From Prorocentrum cordatum (lineage: Eukaryota), in the NCBI GenBank assembly GCA_963575745.1, contig CAUYUJ010000325.1, forward strand, positions 372,001-436,000: a DNA stretch of 64,000 nt, written 5' to 3'. Below are positions 20,706-33,678 of the stretch, one piece after another. The notes under the pieces were generated by a model, which did no database searches, had not been told where the DNA came from, and saw only the letters and a program-made list of their open reading frames with translations. The stretch's first letter is position 1. Every line of letters begins with the position of its first letter. A program made the position numbers and the translations under genes.

Positions 20706-23700
20706 TGTTGCGATGCGTGACAGTGGCAGCGGTAACGAATAGAAGGATCGCGGGATGTACTTGTCCAGTGCGCGTTCGGCCTGGCCTTGAGCCTTGGGCC
20801 AGGCCGCGAACAATTCTGCTCGCGTGACACAGCATCTACTCACACGCTCTGGGTCCTGGAACCGATCGAAAGGAAGCCCTCCCGACAGGTCTCCGGACGT
20901 CTGCACCCAGAGAAGGGGTCGAGAGCCCAAGGGGGAACAAAAACTACCCAGGCAAGGACGGGGTCGAGAACCCCTGGGGCGTCGCGCCTCCAGCGCGCTT
21001 GAGCGCGCGTTACGATGCCGAAAACCATTAACATTAAAGATGGAAGGATAAAGCGCGCCCCTCGAGGTCTGGCTTGTGTCAGCATCATCGCCTTGCGTCG
21101 CGCCAGCAGGGTCTCTCTCCTCGCAGCAGTAGCGTTGCACCCTCCCTTGGAGGGAACCGGCCTGGTCAGGAAGCGCTGCTATTTCCACCGAGAAATGAAA
21201 CCCGAAAATCTTCGCGCCGAAGAGGGAAATAGTTCTAAACGGTAAAACAACGGGAACGGAATCCGTATGTAATCGGAGCATAAGAACTATCATGTACACA
21301 ACGCTTCAAGATGCTGCGCACGTGATTACGCCTTGCTACCCTGCTCGCGCTCTCGAACGGACGCCCGCTCGACCACTCGCCTGCTGCGGAGAGAAATGCG
21401 CGGGGCTCAAAGGATTCACGCGCTCCCATCAGCCGCGGCTCCGGCGGCCGCAGCCGTGGACAGTCTCCGCGAATCGCCCCGCGCCTTCGCTGCCTTCGCA
21501 GCCCGGCGGTCGTTCGCTCCAGGCCAGCACCGTTTCTTGCCGCGCCTGCGCTAATTGGCTGGAGCACCGGGTGGAGCCTGCTCCTGCGGGTCGTCGTTGT
21601 CCTCGTGGTCCTCCTCCTCGTCGCTGTCCGGGATCGCGGCAGCGACCTGCTGGTGGCCCGTAACCTCGGAGGCATGCTCCTGGACAAAACGACACACACT
21701 TGAACGCAGCTGGTCGTTGCTGAGCAGGTGGGCCTTCACGAACATGGCGCACCAATCCTTCTTGGGTTCCCCTTTATTGGTTGCATAGTTCCGGAAGCTT
21801 GTCAAGCGAGTATTCCGCGCACAACAAGTGAAATATAACCTCCCACAAAAGATCGTCGTTATCGAAATTCGGGCACATCATGGGGCACTCAATCACTGCT
21901 GTCTTCCAAGACATGGCCTGGGCAGGCGCAGGTTTCACTCTCCAAAGCTCGATGACATTCCTGGGGGTCGCGGAGCCATGCACAGAACGCCCCCCCGTTC
22001 CCGCGGAAGCTGCGCTGTGCCCCAGCGAAGAAAAGGAAGCGGCATCACGACGTCCATCGGAAGGTTGCCCTCCCGACGGGAGCCGATCGGAAGGTCGCCC
22101 TCCCGACGGGCTTCCTGACGCCGAAACCTGCCTCCGCGGTGCTGGGCCATCGCCTGCGACGTTTCCACGGTTCCACGGACCAGGAGAGACGGAGGTGCGA
22201 TGGTGGCCCTGTTTCGCCGCGCCCTGCCCCGAGCCTTGATGCTCAGCCCGTCGCGCTCCTGAGTCTTCCTGCTCGACAATTCTCTCCGGAAATGCACCGT
22301 CCACGGCGTCGAGAAACGCGAGGATGACCGCTTTCGTCTCTGGCTTCGTCAAGCAGTCCGCGATCGTGCCATACATTGGACAATGCAAAAGCTCTGCTGC
22401 TCCACGTTCGCGTTGTTCGCGAAGCCTGCGTGCCCACGCGCGGTGAAAGAACGCGCCCTCCAACTAGCGCAACGCATTGCTATGCTCAGAGCAGCCCGGT
22501 TCTCTATTAAAACCGTCACTTTGGGGATCTCGGCGCCGAAGCTGGAAAGAAGATGCCTCCGACCATCCGCAACTTGCCATCCCAGCGTGGCACTGTAGAG
22601 CTCTGCTTCTGCTGTCGGCAAAATTGAAACCGATTGTCTGGAAGAGCGCCATGCCGCGACGCTCCGAACCCACGCCGCGACCAACCCGCTCTGAGCCAGG
22701 GTGTCAGCACCGTCGTACACGGCATCTCTGTCCACGCTTCCAATGACTCTTCGCCCCCTGCCCTCGTCAACAGGATCCCTCGGGGCGCCGCGCCCTTCAG
22801 GCGCCTCGGTATTCTGGGCGAGTTCCACACTCCAAGACGAGAACTTTGAGCACGAAGAATCCAATGACGAGGCGTAGTATGATATGTCTGGGCGCGTTCT
22901 TGTGGCAAGCCAATTGCATTGCCCACTATATGCTTGTAGCTGCCGGAGAGCAGGCAAAGCAGGTTCGTCGGGTTCCGTTGGCAGCGGCCCCATTTGGACG
23001 CAATTGGCGGCATCGCAGTTTTCCACGCCGTATTTCGTCAAAGACTGCCCACGAATCCTGGCGAAGCTCGATGTCACCATTGCGCAGAAACACCGATGTC
23101 CATGCCCACGAAAGCGAGAAGCCCGGTTACCTCTAGCACGGCCTCCTTGACGAGAGTCCACATTGATCCCACTGCGGCCAGGAAAGCGGAACGCATATAT
23201 CCCATCTCTGTCACCATGAGAATCTCATCGACGCAAACAACCAGCACGTCCAACACCTGTTTCGAGGTGCTTGTGGAGTCTGCGACGCACAAAACTTGCG
23301 AATCAGCACTGCGCCGTTCGTGGCAATGGGACTTACTCTTCCCAGAGGCCGGGCCTGCCCAGCGCAAATCGCGAAGGTTCTTGTCTCGCCCCTCTGCCCG
23401 GAGCTTCGGCGACTCGCGCGAGCCGCGCACCGCCGCGCCCAAAGTCCAGTTGATGCCAGTCTTCACAAGACCCCAACGCACCCACTGAGCCGGAGGCAAC
23501 TACGACGAGCTTGTCTTCGGGCACGTGCGCGTTGAGGAAGGCACCCTTGACGTCGCGCCTGCTCGCGGTCCAGCCGCGCATCGCGCCGACCTTCAAAGAA
23601 GCGAGCAGCGAGGATGGTTCGGCCTGCGCGGTCCAAGACTGCATCTTGGGGTCCGGCTCGGCGAAGCTACCGCGCGCGCAGGCTCGGCATTCGTGCTTCT

Positions 23701-24600
23701 CGTCGCTCTTGGACCACGCGCGCGTCGTCGGCAGCGGCCGCCCATGCGCGCGGGACGCGCCCGCGGTCGTCCCGTGGAAACGCCCCGCCGAAGAAGTTGC
23801 CGGTCAACTCCGCCTCTGCCGCGAGTTTCCAGTTCATCAGCTCCGCCCCGACGCTCTTCGCGACCTCCTGGGTCGGCGCGATCCGCTTCTCCGGCCCCTT
23901 GTCGATCAGTTGCTGCAGCGCCTCCTTATGCAGGAGGCGGACGTGGCCTTCTGCCGCCTGCGCAGCAGCTCCGGCGTAGTCGAAGCAGACGGGATAGTAG
24001 TGTCCTTGCTTGCATTGCTGTTTGAAGCGCCTTCGTTCCTTCCGTTTGCGCCTGCCTCGCCGCGCGGGTGCTTCTGGGCAAGGTTCGCCCACGCCCGCGC
24101 CCGCGTCGCCACGGTCATCTTGGAACGCTCCGGCATTGAGATCATGGCCATCATCGGCCTGGCCCGGATGATCAGCGCGACCCGCAAGAGACATATCGGG
24201 AACGACACATCCTCCGTGCACAGCCCACTCGTCATCAATGTCCGAATCCGCGTCGTCATCGTCGGAAGCGCGGCCCACACTGCCCTTTGCGCCCAGGCCT
24301 CTGTGTCGCCAACATGCGAAAAGTCTTGTTCAGCTGAGCCCCAGGTGACCGCTTCGGATAGAGGAAGGCACGCGCGGGGGGGCACTCCGAAAAAAGCATT
24401 CAAGGACGTTGCCTCGCACGCGCGCCGAGTCTCGCCAGAACTTGCCGCCGCCTTCGCGGCGACCGGCGGCGGCCCCCCGCGATCCCCCCGAGGATGTTTC
24501 GCGGGCTCCCCGTCTGCCTCGTCGGCCAGCGGAGGTCCTTCAGCAGGTACGTCGAGCACGGGCCCTTTGCGTTGCCGGCGGGGGCGGCGGTGCCTTGAGA
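20706..24600 (-). mobile_element. Decayed Ty1/Copia-type retroelement (RT, RNase H and 3' extension; 5' part missing); boundaries approximate
   Basis: RT: DVKGAFLNA, GSRESPKL, VVCVDEILM, GQCNWLATRTRPDISY. RNase H: WRSSRQSVSILPTAEAEL, IENRAALSIA, IADCLTKP. Many frameshifts. Confidence 0.85.
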
Positions 24601-25005
24601 CGCCCCCCCAGACCAGATCACGGCACCAACCACAACAACAAGAACGACGACGACGACAACGACAACAAAAACAACAACATCAACGCAACACGCAGAACTC
24701 GCACCACCAATCCCCCATTCATCCATGCACCCAGAGACAATGAATGACCGTTCGGGCCCCTCACTCTGACGCTCCCCTCCGGGCCCAGAACCAGCGTCCA
24801 TCGCGCGAACCTTCGAGTCTAAGCGCGCTTCCCGTCATCCGCGACGCCCCGCTGGAGGGGCGATCCCGCCGCCGCCCCCCCCCCCCCCCCCCCGCGGGCC
24901 CCGTCACCTGATCAATGCCCCCCCCCTCCGGGCCGATAAGCAACCATCATCGCGCGACCCCATCGAGTCTAGGGGTGCATTTTCCTGAAGACGCAATCCC
25001 TCTCT

Positions 25006-26651
25006 AAGAGGTCTCGCGAGCTCCCGCGTAGCCAGGCACAGGACCGACTAGCGCGCGCGCGTCCGCAGACGCCGCGTGCGAGGCCACCGCCCACTCGTGG
25101 AAAACCCGCGCGAAAGAACGCGGCGCTCTGGCCGAGCGCCGACGGCAGGCCGTGGATTCAAACGGCGCAACGCGCAGCGTGCAGGATCAGCATAGCACAG
25201 CGTCGCAGGAGCCGCCATTGACAGAAGATGCGGAGTCGGCAAAGCTCGACGTGGGGCGCGGAGAGGCGGCAGACAGCCAGGTCGACCACCTGCCCGCGGC
25301 TGCGGGCCGAGCCAAACTCAAAGTCACCGAGCAGCGGGCCTAGGAACTGAGACAGAGAAGACGAGAACAGGCGTTGGGAAAACAAAAAAAAAAAAGAAAA
25401 ACACAAACTGAAACAAATGATGGTCGGTGCATCACCTGGCGCGGCTGGGGCGCGGGACGTTGCGGGTCGCCGTGGCCCGCGGGGTCAACTGTCCGCTCGC
25501 GCGTGCCCTGAGATCCCTGAACTGCGAGCAGTGCTCCGCCATGGCCCAGCGCAGGTTGACCGAATTGAAGCCGCGTCACCGAGACGAGTAAGTGTCCCAT
25601 ATGCGCCGCATTGCGAACGAGATCCGCGCCTTCCGATGCAGCGTAGACTTCGCTCGCGAAACGGCCCGGAAATCCACGTCGTCGAGGAAGCGCTGAGCGC
25701 GCGCCGACAGGCGCCGTTTAGCAGGTGCAATCGCAGCGGGAACAAGTGTAGATGGCATCTGCAAGCAAAGGCATCGAGCCAAACGCCCGCGCTGGAGCAC
25801 CACCGCGGCGAGTACACTGCCCCACGTGGCAGAAAACATTAGACGCCGACCCGCGCGCCAGAACCCATCCATTCGTCTGTGTCACGCCGTGAGATGGATC
25901 CACTGAGCTTAGCTGTACCACGACGCCCTGGTCATCAGAAAAAAAAAGGCCCTGACCCATGGCCGCCCCCTGGCGGCCAGGGGCCGGCTGGCGCGGTGAT
26001 AGCTCCTCATGCTGCGCGCTGGCTCGCTCCCGTCATGAGCGGCGCCCGACGGCGCGGAGCTCCGCGGCGGTCGCGCCGCCACCGAACGCTCGGCCCTCCA
26101 GCGCTGCGCATTTCGGCCAGCGATGGCGATCAGAAGAGAAGCGAAACACAAGATGCCCCGCCGTCCACTGAGAATCATGCTGCGCGGGGGGGCACCCCGC
26201 TGACACAGGAAAAATGCACAATCGCTCGAGCCAGGGCCTTCTCAGCGCGCTTCTTTTGAAAGCGCAGCCCCACTCCAAGAGGTCTCGCGAGCTCCCGCAT
26301 AGCCAGTCACAGGACCGACTAGCGCGCGTGCGCGTCCGCAGACGGCACGCGCGAGGCAGCCGCCCACTGGCGGGAAGCCCGCGCGACAGAACACGGCCCT
26401 CTGGCCGAGCGCTGGCGGCGGGCCGCGGATTCAAACGGCGCAACGCGCAGCGTGCAGGATCAGCACAGCGCAGTGCCACAAGAGCCGCCCCCACCAGCAG
26501 ATGCAACATCGGCAACGCTCGACGTGAGACGCGGAGAGGCGGCAGACAGCCAGGTCGACCACCTGCCCGCGGCTGCAGGCCGAGCCAAACTAAAGTCACC
26601 AAGCAGCGGGCCAGGGAATTGAAACAGTAAAGACCAGCGCAGGCGCTGGAA

Positions 26652-26694
<43 letters not shown>

Positions 26695-27520
26695 ATGATG
26701 GTCGGTGCATCACTTGGCACGGCTGGGGCGCGGGAATTTGCGGGTCGCCGTAGCCCGCGGAGTCAACTGCCCGCTCACGCGCACCCTGAGATCACTGAAC
26801 TGTGAGCCGTAGTCCGCCGCGAGACAGCGCAGGCTGACCGAATTGAAGCCGCGCCACGGAGACGAGTGCTCCATACTTGCCACCTTGTGAACGCGATGCG
26901 TGTCTTCCGATACAGTATAGACTTCGCTCGTGAAGTGGTCTAAAGCTCCACGTCGTCGAGGAAGCACTTAGTGCGCGCCGACAGGCGCCGCTTCGCAGGT
27001 ACAATCACAGCGGGAACAAGCGCAGATGGCATCTGAAAGGCCTCGAGCCAAACGTCCGTACTGGGGCACCGCCGTGGTGAGCACAGTCCCACGTGGCCAG
27101 AAACATTGAACACCGACCCGCGCGCCAGAACCCATCCATTCGTTTGTGTCACACCGTAAGATGGACCCACTGAGCTTAGCTTTGCCACGACGTCCTGGAC
27201 TTCCGAAAAAAAGGCCCTGACCCATGGCCACCCCCTGGCGGCCAAGGGCCGGCTGGCGCGGTGATAGCTCCTCATGCTGTGCACTGGCACGCTCCCGTCA
27301 TGAGTGACATCCGACGAAACGGAGCTCCACGGCGGTCGTGCCGCCACCGAACGCGTGGCCCTCCAGCGTTGGGCATTTCGGCTAGCGATGGCGATCAGAA
27401 GAGAAGCGAAACACAAGATGTCCCGCCGTCGACTGATAATCATGCTGCGCGGCGGGATTGCGACCCCGCTGACACGAGGAAAAACGCTACAATCGCTTGA
27501 GCCAGGTCCTTCTAAGCGCG
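25006..27520 (-). repeat. Two diverged tandem copies of a ~1.27-kb unit, possibly a LINE RT relic
   Basis: AAGAGGTCTCGCGAGCTCCCGC starts both copies (25006, 26277) and they are colinear throughout. Translations VTQTNGWV and (C/R)FLDDV resemble RT motifs. Confidence 0.8.
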
Positions 27521-28568
27521 CTTCCCGTCATCCGCCACGTCCCGGTGGAGGAGCGATCCCGCCAACACTCCTCCACTGGACCCCTCCACTTGATAAATAT
27601 GTTTCCCTCCGGGCCCATAGCCCTATAGCCCCATGGCCCTGAAACAAATATGATTGGGTGTTTTCCGGTATTATGTATTAGATATGCTGCAGACACAGCC
27701 ACAACGTTCAGCTCGCTTCTCGTACCTCGAAGACGCTTCCCGTCATCCGCCAGGTTCGAAGGTACCCCGAACCCTTCCCCCTCAGACTCCCCCCAGTTGA
27801 TTTTGCCTCCAGGTCTAAACATGCGTTCATCGCGCGACTCTTCGAGTCTGAGCGCGCTTCCCGAGGATGTCCCTAGCGAACACGCTGTTTTCGGCATGAG
27901 CGGCAGTAAAACACCTCCGTCGACAACTCCTTGTTGTGAGGATGTCTCAAGCGAAACGCAAAATGCACAGATGAATTAATTTCGCGGCGATCAGCTTTTT
28001 GAGGGCATCTCTGGCAAACCGCTTGTTTTTGTTAAACGCGATGTCGCGGAGATGTCATTCTTGTATGAAAGTCCCAAGCGAAATCGCCAATCGTGGGGAT
28101 CCGCTAACCCTATCTCCCGTGTAGCCAGCCACCCACTATTAGAAAGAGATTTTCAGATATGTTGCATATTCAACCACAACGTCCAGCTCGCTTCTAGTAC
28201 CTCGAAGACGCTTCCCGTCATCCGCCGACCCTGTCGGCGTGTGTGAGGGCCTTTTCCGTTCGAGCCGGGCTTTTCCGTTGGAGTCGTCGTCTCCGTCCTC
28301 CTCCGTTCCATTTGCCTGGGCCCTCTTCCTCACACGCGCCGTCCTGAGCAAAATTCAACAACATCGGAGTGTGATCAAAGGGAAACCCCTTCCCTTTGAT
28401 CCCTTCCCCGCGCCAGGGGGGAGGGGAGTCCTGGTGGGTCCTGGAGGGGTCCTGGCGGGTCCCAGGAGGTGTCGCCACCCAGATACGTTTTCCCCCCGCG
28501 CCCCGGCCCAGCCCCGGCCCCGGCCCCGGCCCCGGCCCCGGCCCCCCCTCCGGCCCCGGCCCAGCCCA

Positions 28569-30012
28569 AAACGGTTGTTCCCTCTATTCGGGTTTCAAGA
28601 CAATCGGGTTTTGGTATGCGATGGTCTCGTTCGCACCGCTCATGAGGCGGAGGAGGATAACGAGGACCATGATACGAATGATCACATATCGGCATTGATG
28701 TATAGTGATCAATGAAGTACACGCACACTTCTTGTCTTCCTGACATAGAGAACCATGCACGCATCCATACGTAAATCACAAAAACTGGTGCCAACTTTCA
28801 TATGTTTCAAATCCTTGCATATTCCCCAAACCGTGCTTGCACGAAGGAGTTCTCACTTCGTGTTCGAACGAATTCGCCCCGTCAGCCGGCGTCGCCAGGC
28901 GGAGGGAACAAGAGAGGGGCCGTCCGCTCCCTCGCCCCCGCTAGGGGGAGGGCTGTCCACCCCCTCGCCGACGCTAAGCGGATCGACGCGGGGGCCAGGG
29001 CGAACGAGGGGGGGATGAGGGAAGGAGGGAGGGAAGGGATGGGCGGGTGACAGGGAGGAATAAAAGGATGGAGGGAGGGGGCAGGGAGGGAGGGCGGGAA
29101 GGAGGGAGGGAGGGGAAGAGGGTTGTCGCTGCCGCCGCCCCCCCTCCCGGCGCTGCCGCCGCCGATGCCGTTGTCGCTACTGTTCCTGCTGTTTCTCCTG
29201 CTTCTGCTGCTCCTGCTGCTCTTGATGCTCCTACTGCTGCTCTTGCTGCTCCTGCTGCTGTTGCGTCTGCTCCTCCTCCTCGTCCGCCTCCCCAGGCCCC
29301 TCTCCTCCTTCTCCTCCTCCTCCTCCTCCTCCTCCTCCTCCTCCTCCTCCTCCTCCTCCTCCTCCCCTCCTCCCTTTTCTTCTCCTCCACTCCTCCTCCT
29401 TCCTCCTCCTCCTCCTCCTCCTCCTCCTCCTCTCTCTCTCCTCCTCCTCCTCACTTCCTCCTCCTCCCTCCTCCTCCTCCTCCTCCTCCTCCTCCTCCTC
29501 CTCCTCCTCCCCCTCCCTTCCCATCCTCCTCCTCCCCCTCCTCCTCCTCCCGGTCGGAAGGGTTGCGAGCGTCCAGGCACGCGAACGCCTGGAGCCGCAG
29601 CTCGTCAACATACCTGCCTCGTCACAGCGTGCGCACGCGGCACGCTCTCTCTCTTCCCCTGCCCCTCCGTTCCCTCCCCTCCCTCCCTCGCTCCCTTCCA
29701 TTTTCCCTCCCTCAGCCCCCTCCCCTCCATTCCCTCCCCCATACTTCCCTCTCCCATTCCCTGCCTGTTCCTCCTTGTCCCCCTCCTTCCCGTCGTCGTC
29801 TCCTCGTCGTCGTCGTCATTCTCGTCTTTGTCGTCGTCGTCGTACTCCTCCTCCTCCTCTCCTCCTCCTCCTCCTCCACCTCCTCCTCCCTCCTCCTCCT
29901 CCTCCTCTCATCGTCGTCTCTCGTCCGTCGTTCGCCGTCCTCCTCCTCCTCCTCCTCCTCCTCCTCCTCCCCCTCCTCCTCCTCCTCCATCATCATCATC
30001 AAAATCACATCA

Positions 30013-30085
<73 letters not shown>

Positions 30086-30151
30086 ACATCATCATCATCT
30101 TTATCATCCTCCATCCGCCTCCTCCCTCCTCATCCGCATCATCAGCATCAG

Positions 30152-30182
<31 letters not shown>

Positions 30183-30198
30183 GTCATCATCATCATCA

Positions 30199-30248
<50 letters not shown>

Positions 30249-30382
30249 TCATCAATCATCATAATCATCATCATCAGATCATTCATCATCGTCCATCATC
30301 ATCACCATCATCAGCATCACAGCATCATCGTCGTCACCCACCACCACCCACCACCACCACCACCACCATAATCATCATCAAT

Positions 30383-30417
<35 letters not shown>

Positions 30418-32338
30418 ATCATCATCATCAACAACATCGTCATCGGTCCATCGTCATCGTCATCATCGTCAATCACATCGTCATCATCGTCACATCTCAT
30501 CATCGTCATTATCTTTGTTTCGTCCTCGTCAGGCTCCTCCTCTTCCCCCCCATCCCCCTTCCCCTCCCCTCCTCCCCCTCCTCCTCCTCCTCCTCCTCCT
30601 CCTCCTCCTCCTCCTCCTCCTCCTCCTCTTCCTTTCTCACTGTTCCTGTTCTCTCCTCCTCCTCCTCCTCGTTCCTCCTCTTCCTCCTCCTGCTGCTCCC
30701 ACTCGTGCTCCCGCTCCTACTCGTGCTCCCCCTTCCCCCTCCTCCTGCTCGTGCTCCTGCTCGTGCTACTCGTGGTCCTGCTCGTGGTCCTGCTCGTGGT
30801 CCTGCTCCTGGTGCTGTCGTTGCTGCTCCCGCTCTTTCTCCTGCTCCACATCCGCCACCGTGCCGCGAGGCACGAATTGTAGTGTCCTCAGGTCCCTTGT
30901 AGTCCTCAGTCTTCAGTCCTAATGATTGAGTGTTCAGGGGCCCAGACCCCAGATTCTTAAATTTCCTGGGCCATCCCGTGGCTTTCCCTTTCCCAGGCCC
31001 CGGCAAGTGTTCCCTTTTTCGGAGTTGGGAGGGCCCCGCAACGAGTCCAGGGCCTCAAGAGGCCCCCAAGACGGCCCAAGAGGGCCCCGAGTCGCCGAAA
31101 CATCGCTCCAAGACGCCGAATATGGCCTCCAGACGGCCCAAGACGCCTACCGGAGGCCCCTAGAGGCCTCCGAGAGCAATCCCAAGAGGGTCCCAAGAGG
31201 CAAGATGCACAGATTTCCCATAATTTTGACAAATTTGGGAGTTCTCGCCCTTTCGGCTCCCCGACGCTCCAAAATCGCCCAAGAGGCCCACAAGAGGCCC
31301 CCAGAATAGCCAAAGAGACCCCTAAGAGAAGGCGCCAACACGGCCCAAGAGGCCCCCAAGACGGCCCCAAGAGGGGGAACCCCGAACGGGCATTTCGAGC
31401 CTTCCGCTCCGAGATGGCCCCAAGAGCTCCACGAGGCCGGTTGCCTCCTGTTGCCTCCTGGCCGCCACGTAAAGCCAGGCATGGAGGTTTCCGTAGAAGC
31501 CCGGCTATACCAAGTGCGTTTCACGAAGCCCTCCCCCCTTTTTCTCCATCCCGGTCGTCTCTAAGTGCCGATAAATAAAAAACTAACGCGTTTTTGGTTT
31601 TGTTGCTTCCTCCCCTCCTTTTTCCCCCCTTGGGGCATGCCCCCCAGGAGGCCCCAAGGGGCGCCCAAGAGGCCCCCAAGGAGGCCCCGGGAGACCCCCA
31701 CGGGGCCCCAAAGAGATCCCCACGAGCCCTCCCAGAGGCCCCGGGCCCCCGACCTACAACCCGGGCGCGGTGGCGGGGTGGGCCGAAGGCCACTAGATCA
31801 TCACCCCCCCTCCTGTCCGCCTCCCCGCCGCCGTTTCGTCTCAAGCTCTGCCCGTCGGGCCAGTTCCTCGGGCCGGGGCCATGGAGCCCCAGGCGCGCGC
31901 CGCCGCGACGCGCAGCGGCGGCGGCGCTCGCGGCGCAGCCGTTGCGCTGACGCAGGACGAGTTCCCGGTCGTGTTCGGCGCGTTGGCCCTGGTGGCCGGC
32001 ACGCCGCACGCCGTGGCGTTCGCCCTGGGCCTCATGCTCCTCGAGAGGGTGGACTTGATCTGCAACCTACGTCGCGACGACGTGCGCGACTCTCGAGCAG
32101 ACCCGGAGCGCGGCACAGTGGCGATTCGGTCGGTGAACAAGAAGACAGTCCCTCGGAACGGTTGGATGAGCGAGTGGGCGCAGCAGATCTTCCAGAAGGA
32201 CACTATGAGTATACCAGCCCGCAGCGTGGCGCGCGGGAAGGAGGGGAGGCAATCGCGGCTCCGAGCAGACCGCGCCGTCGTCCTGGGTCGCCCCCAAGAG
32301 GAGCGAGGGGCAATTCCAGGCGTGGGCGCCAGTGCGCG
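28569..32338 (+). repeat. Left arm of a large inverted repeat
   Basis: Reverse-complement match to 37017-40290, including unique segments such as ACGGTTGTTCCCTCTATTCGGGTTTCAAGAC and colinear (CCT)n and (CAT)n tracts. Confidence 0.92.
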
Positions 32339-33678
32339 AAGACGTGGCTGGCAAGCGAGGGCCAGAGATAGCGCTCGCGCCCAGGGGCGGGCTCGTGGGG
32401 ATCGCGCGGACGGAGGAGGGCTGGCACGGCGCGAAGGTCCGACCAGGCCCGCGCATCCTCGACGGCGCCACCGGGTGGGCCCCCGTGCCCATCAGCGCGA
32501 AGTTCCGCCGCGAGGAGCGCAAGAGCCGGAAGGACACGATCGCGAACGTCGGCAGCGTGCCGCTCTTCCCCGGCTGGGAGCCGCAGGACCCCCAGCTGGG
32601 CAAGCGGGTCGTCTCGCTGAAGCCGATGGACGTCCAAGCAGGCCGCTGGACAAGCGATAGGACCGACTTTGAGGTTTTGCTGTCGTCTGCCCGTCGGGGG
32701 GCAGGTGGGCGGGCGGGGGCGGGGGGGGGGGGGAGGGGCGGGCGCCGCGGCCCAGAGAGATAGGGCGCGCCCCCAGGACGCTGCCGTCGGGCCCTGATGG
32801 CGGAGCGGGCCCAAAGGCATGCCCCTCCGGCGGAGGCCGCCGGGGAGGGCCCGGCCGACGGGGGCCAGGACCAGCGCAACCTGTCGCGGATCTCGAGCCT
32901 CCTCAGCCAGCTGGACGGCGCGCCGCTGTCGAAGATTCGCACCCGCAGCATGCGATATGGGAGCCTCCGGCTGGCGCCGCGCGCGACTCCCCGCCCCTCG
33001 GGTGGCCCCGCGGCAGGGGCCTTGGCGGGCGGGCGGACACGGCGAAATCAGCCAGACGGTCGACAGCGGGGCGCCCCCCCCCCCCCCGAGGCACCCCTCG
33101 GGTGGCCCAGCGGCAGGATCCTGGCGGATCAGCCAGATGGTCGTCCGCGGGGCCGCCCCCCCCCCTCCCCGGCACCGCGTCGGGCGGCCCCGCGGCAGGG
33201 GCTTGGCGGACATTCTGGGATCAGCCAGATGGTCGACGGCGGCGCGGACATCGACCTTGCCGGCGCCGTCGCCGGGCATAGGGTGGGCCCCGAGGTGGCG
33301 CGGCGGATCTACAACCAGGCGACGCTGAGCCGCCAGAAGACCGCGACGCAGGCCTCCGCGGGCGCGCGCCTGGCGGCGCGCGGGCGCGCGGTGGACGCGC
33401 TCGGCGCGCCGGCCGCTGGGGGCGCCGCTGGGGGGCGCGCGGAGCCAGGGGGCGCCGCGGCAACCGCCTTGGCAGCTGTGGCGCCCGCCGCGGCCGGTCC
33501 GCGGGCCCTCGCAGGGGCGCGCCGCGAGGCCCCTGAGGGCGGCGCCGCGGCAGCGGCGGCCGACGTCGAGCAGGCCCTGGCGATGCTGCGCGCGGCGCGG
33601 GCCCTAGTCGGCACGGCGGCCTTCGAGGATGCCCTGGCGAGGCTCCGGCAGGGCGACCACCCGGGGGCAGCGGCGTAG
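31881..33678 (+). CDS. Tyrosine recombinase (phage-integrase-family catalytic domain), interrupted; possibly Crypton-like or pseudogenised
   Basis: Motifs in order: LTQDEF; LLERVDLICNLRRDDV (box I R, 32046); VAIRSVNKKTVPR (K); PLFP; IRTRSMR then HSGISQMVDGGADIDLAGAVAGHRVGPEVARRIY (GH 33274-33279, Y 33310). There is a +1 G near 32241 and a putative GC-AG intron at 32642-32776. Confidence 0.7.

Noticed and set aside
20783..20802. Short GGCTCAA-type SL-like matches (also near 27496, 52365 and 53645)
   Set aside because: Only 8-9 nt, with no associated TSD or ORF start, so compatible with chance.
29047..30922. Long ORFs of 400-600 aa (also at 35-36.6, 38.4-40, 40.6-42.3 and 42.9-44.3 kb)
   Set aside because: These are translations of microsatellites, open in several frames, with homopolymeric products.
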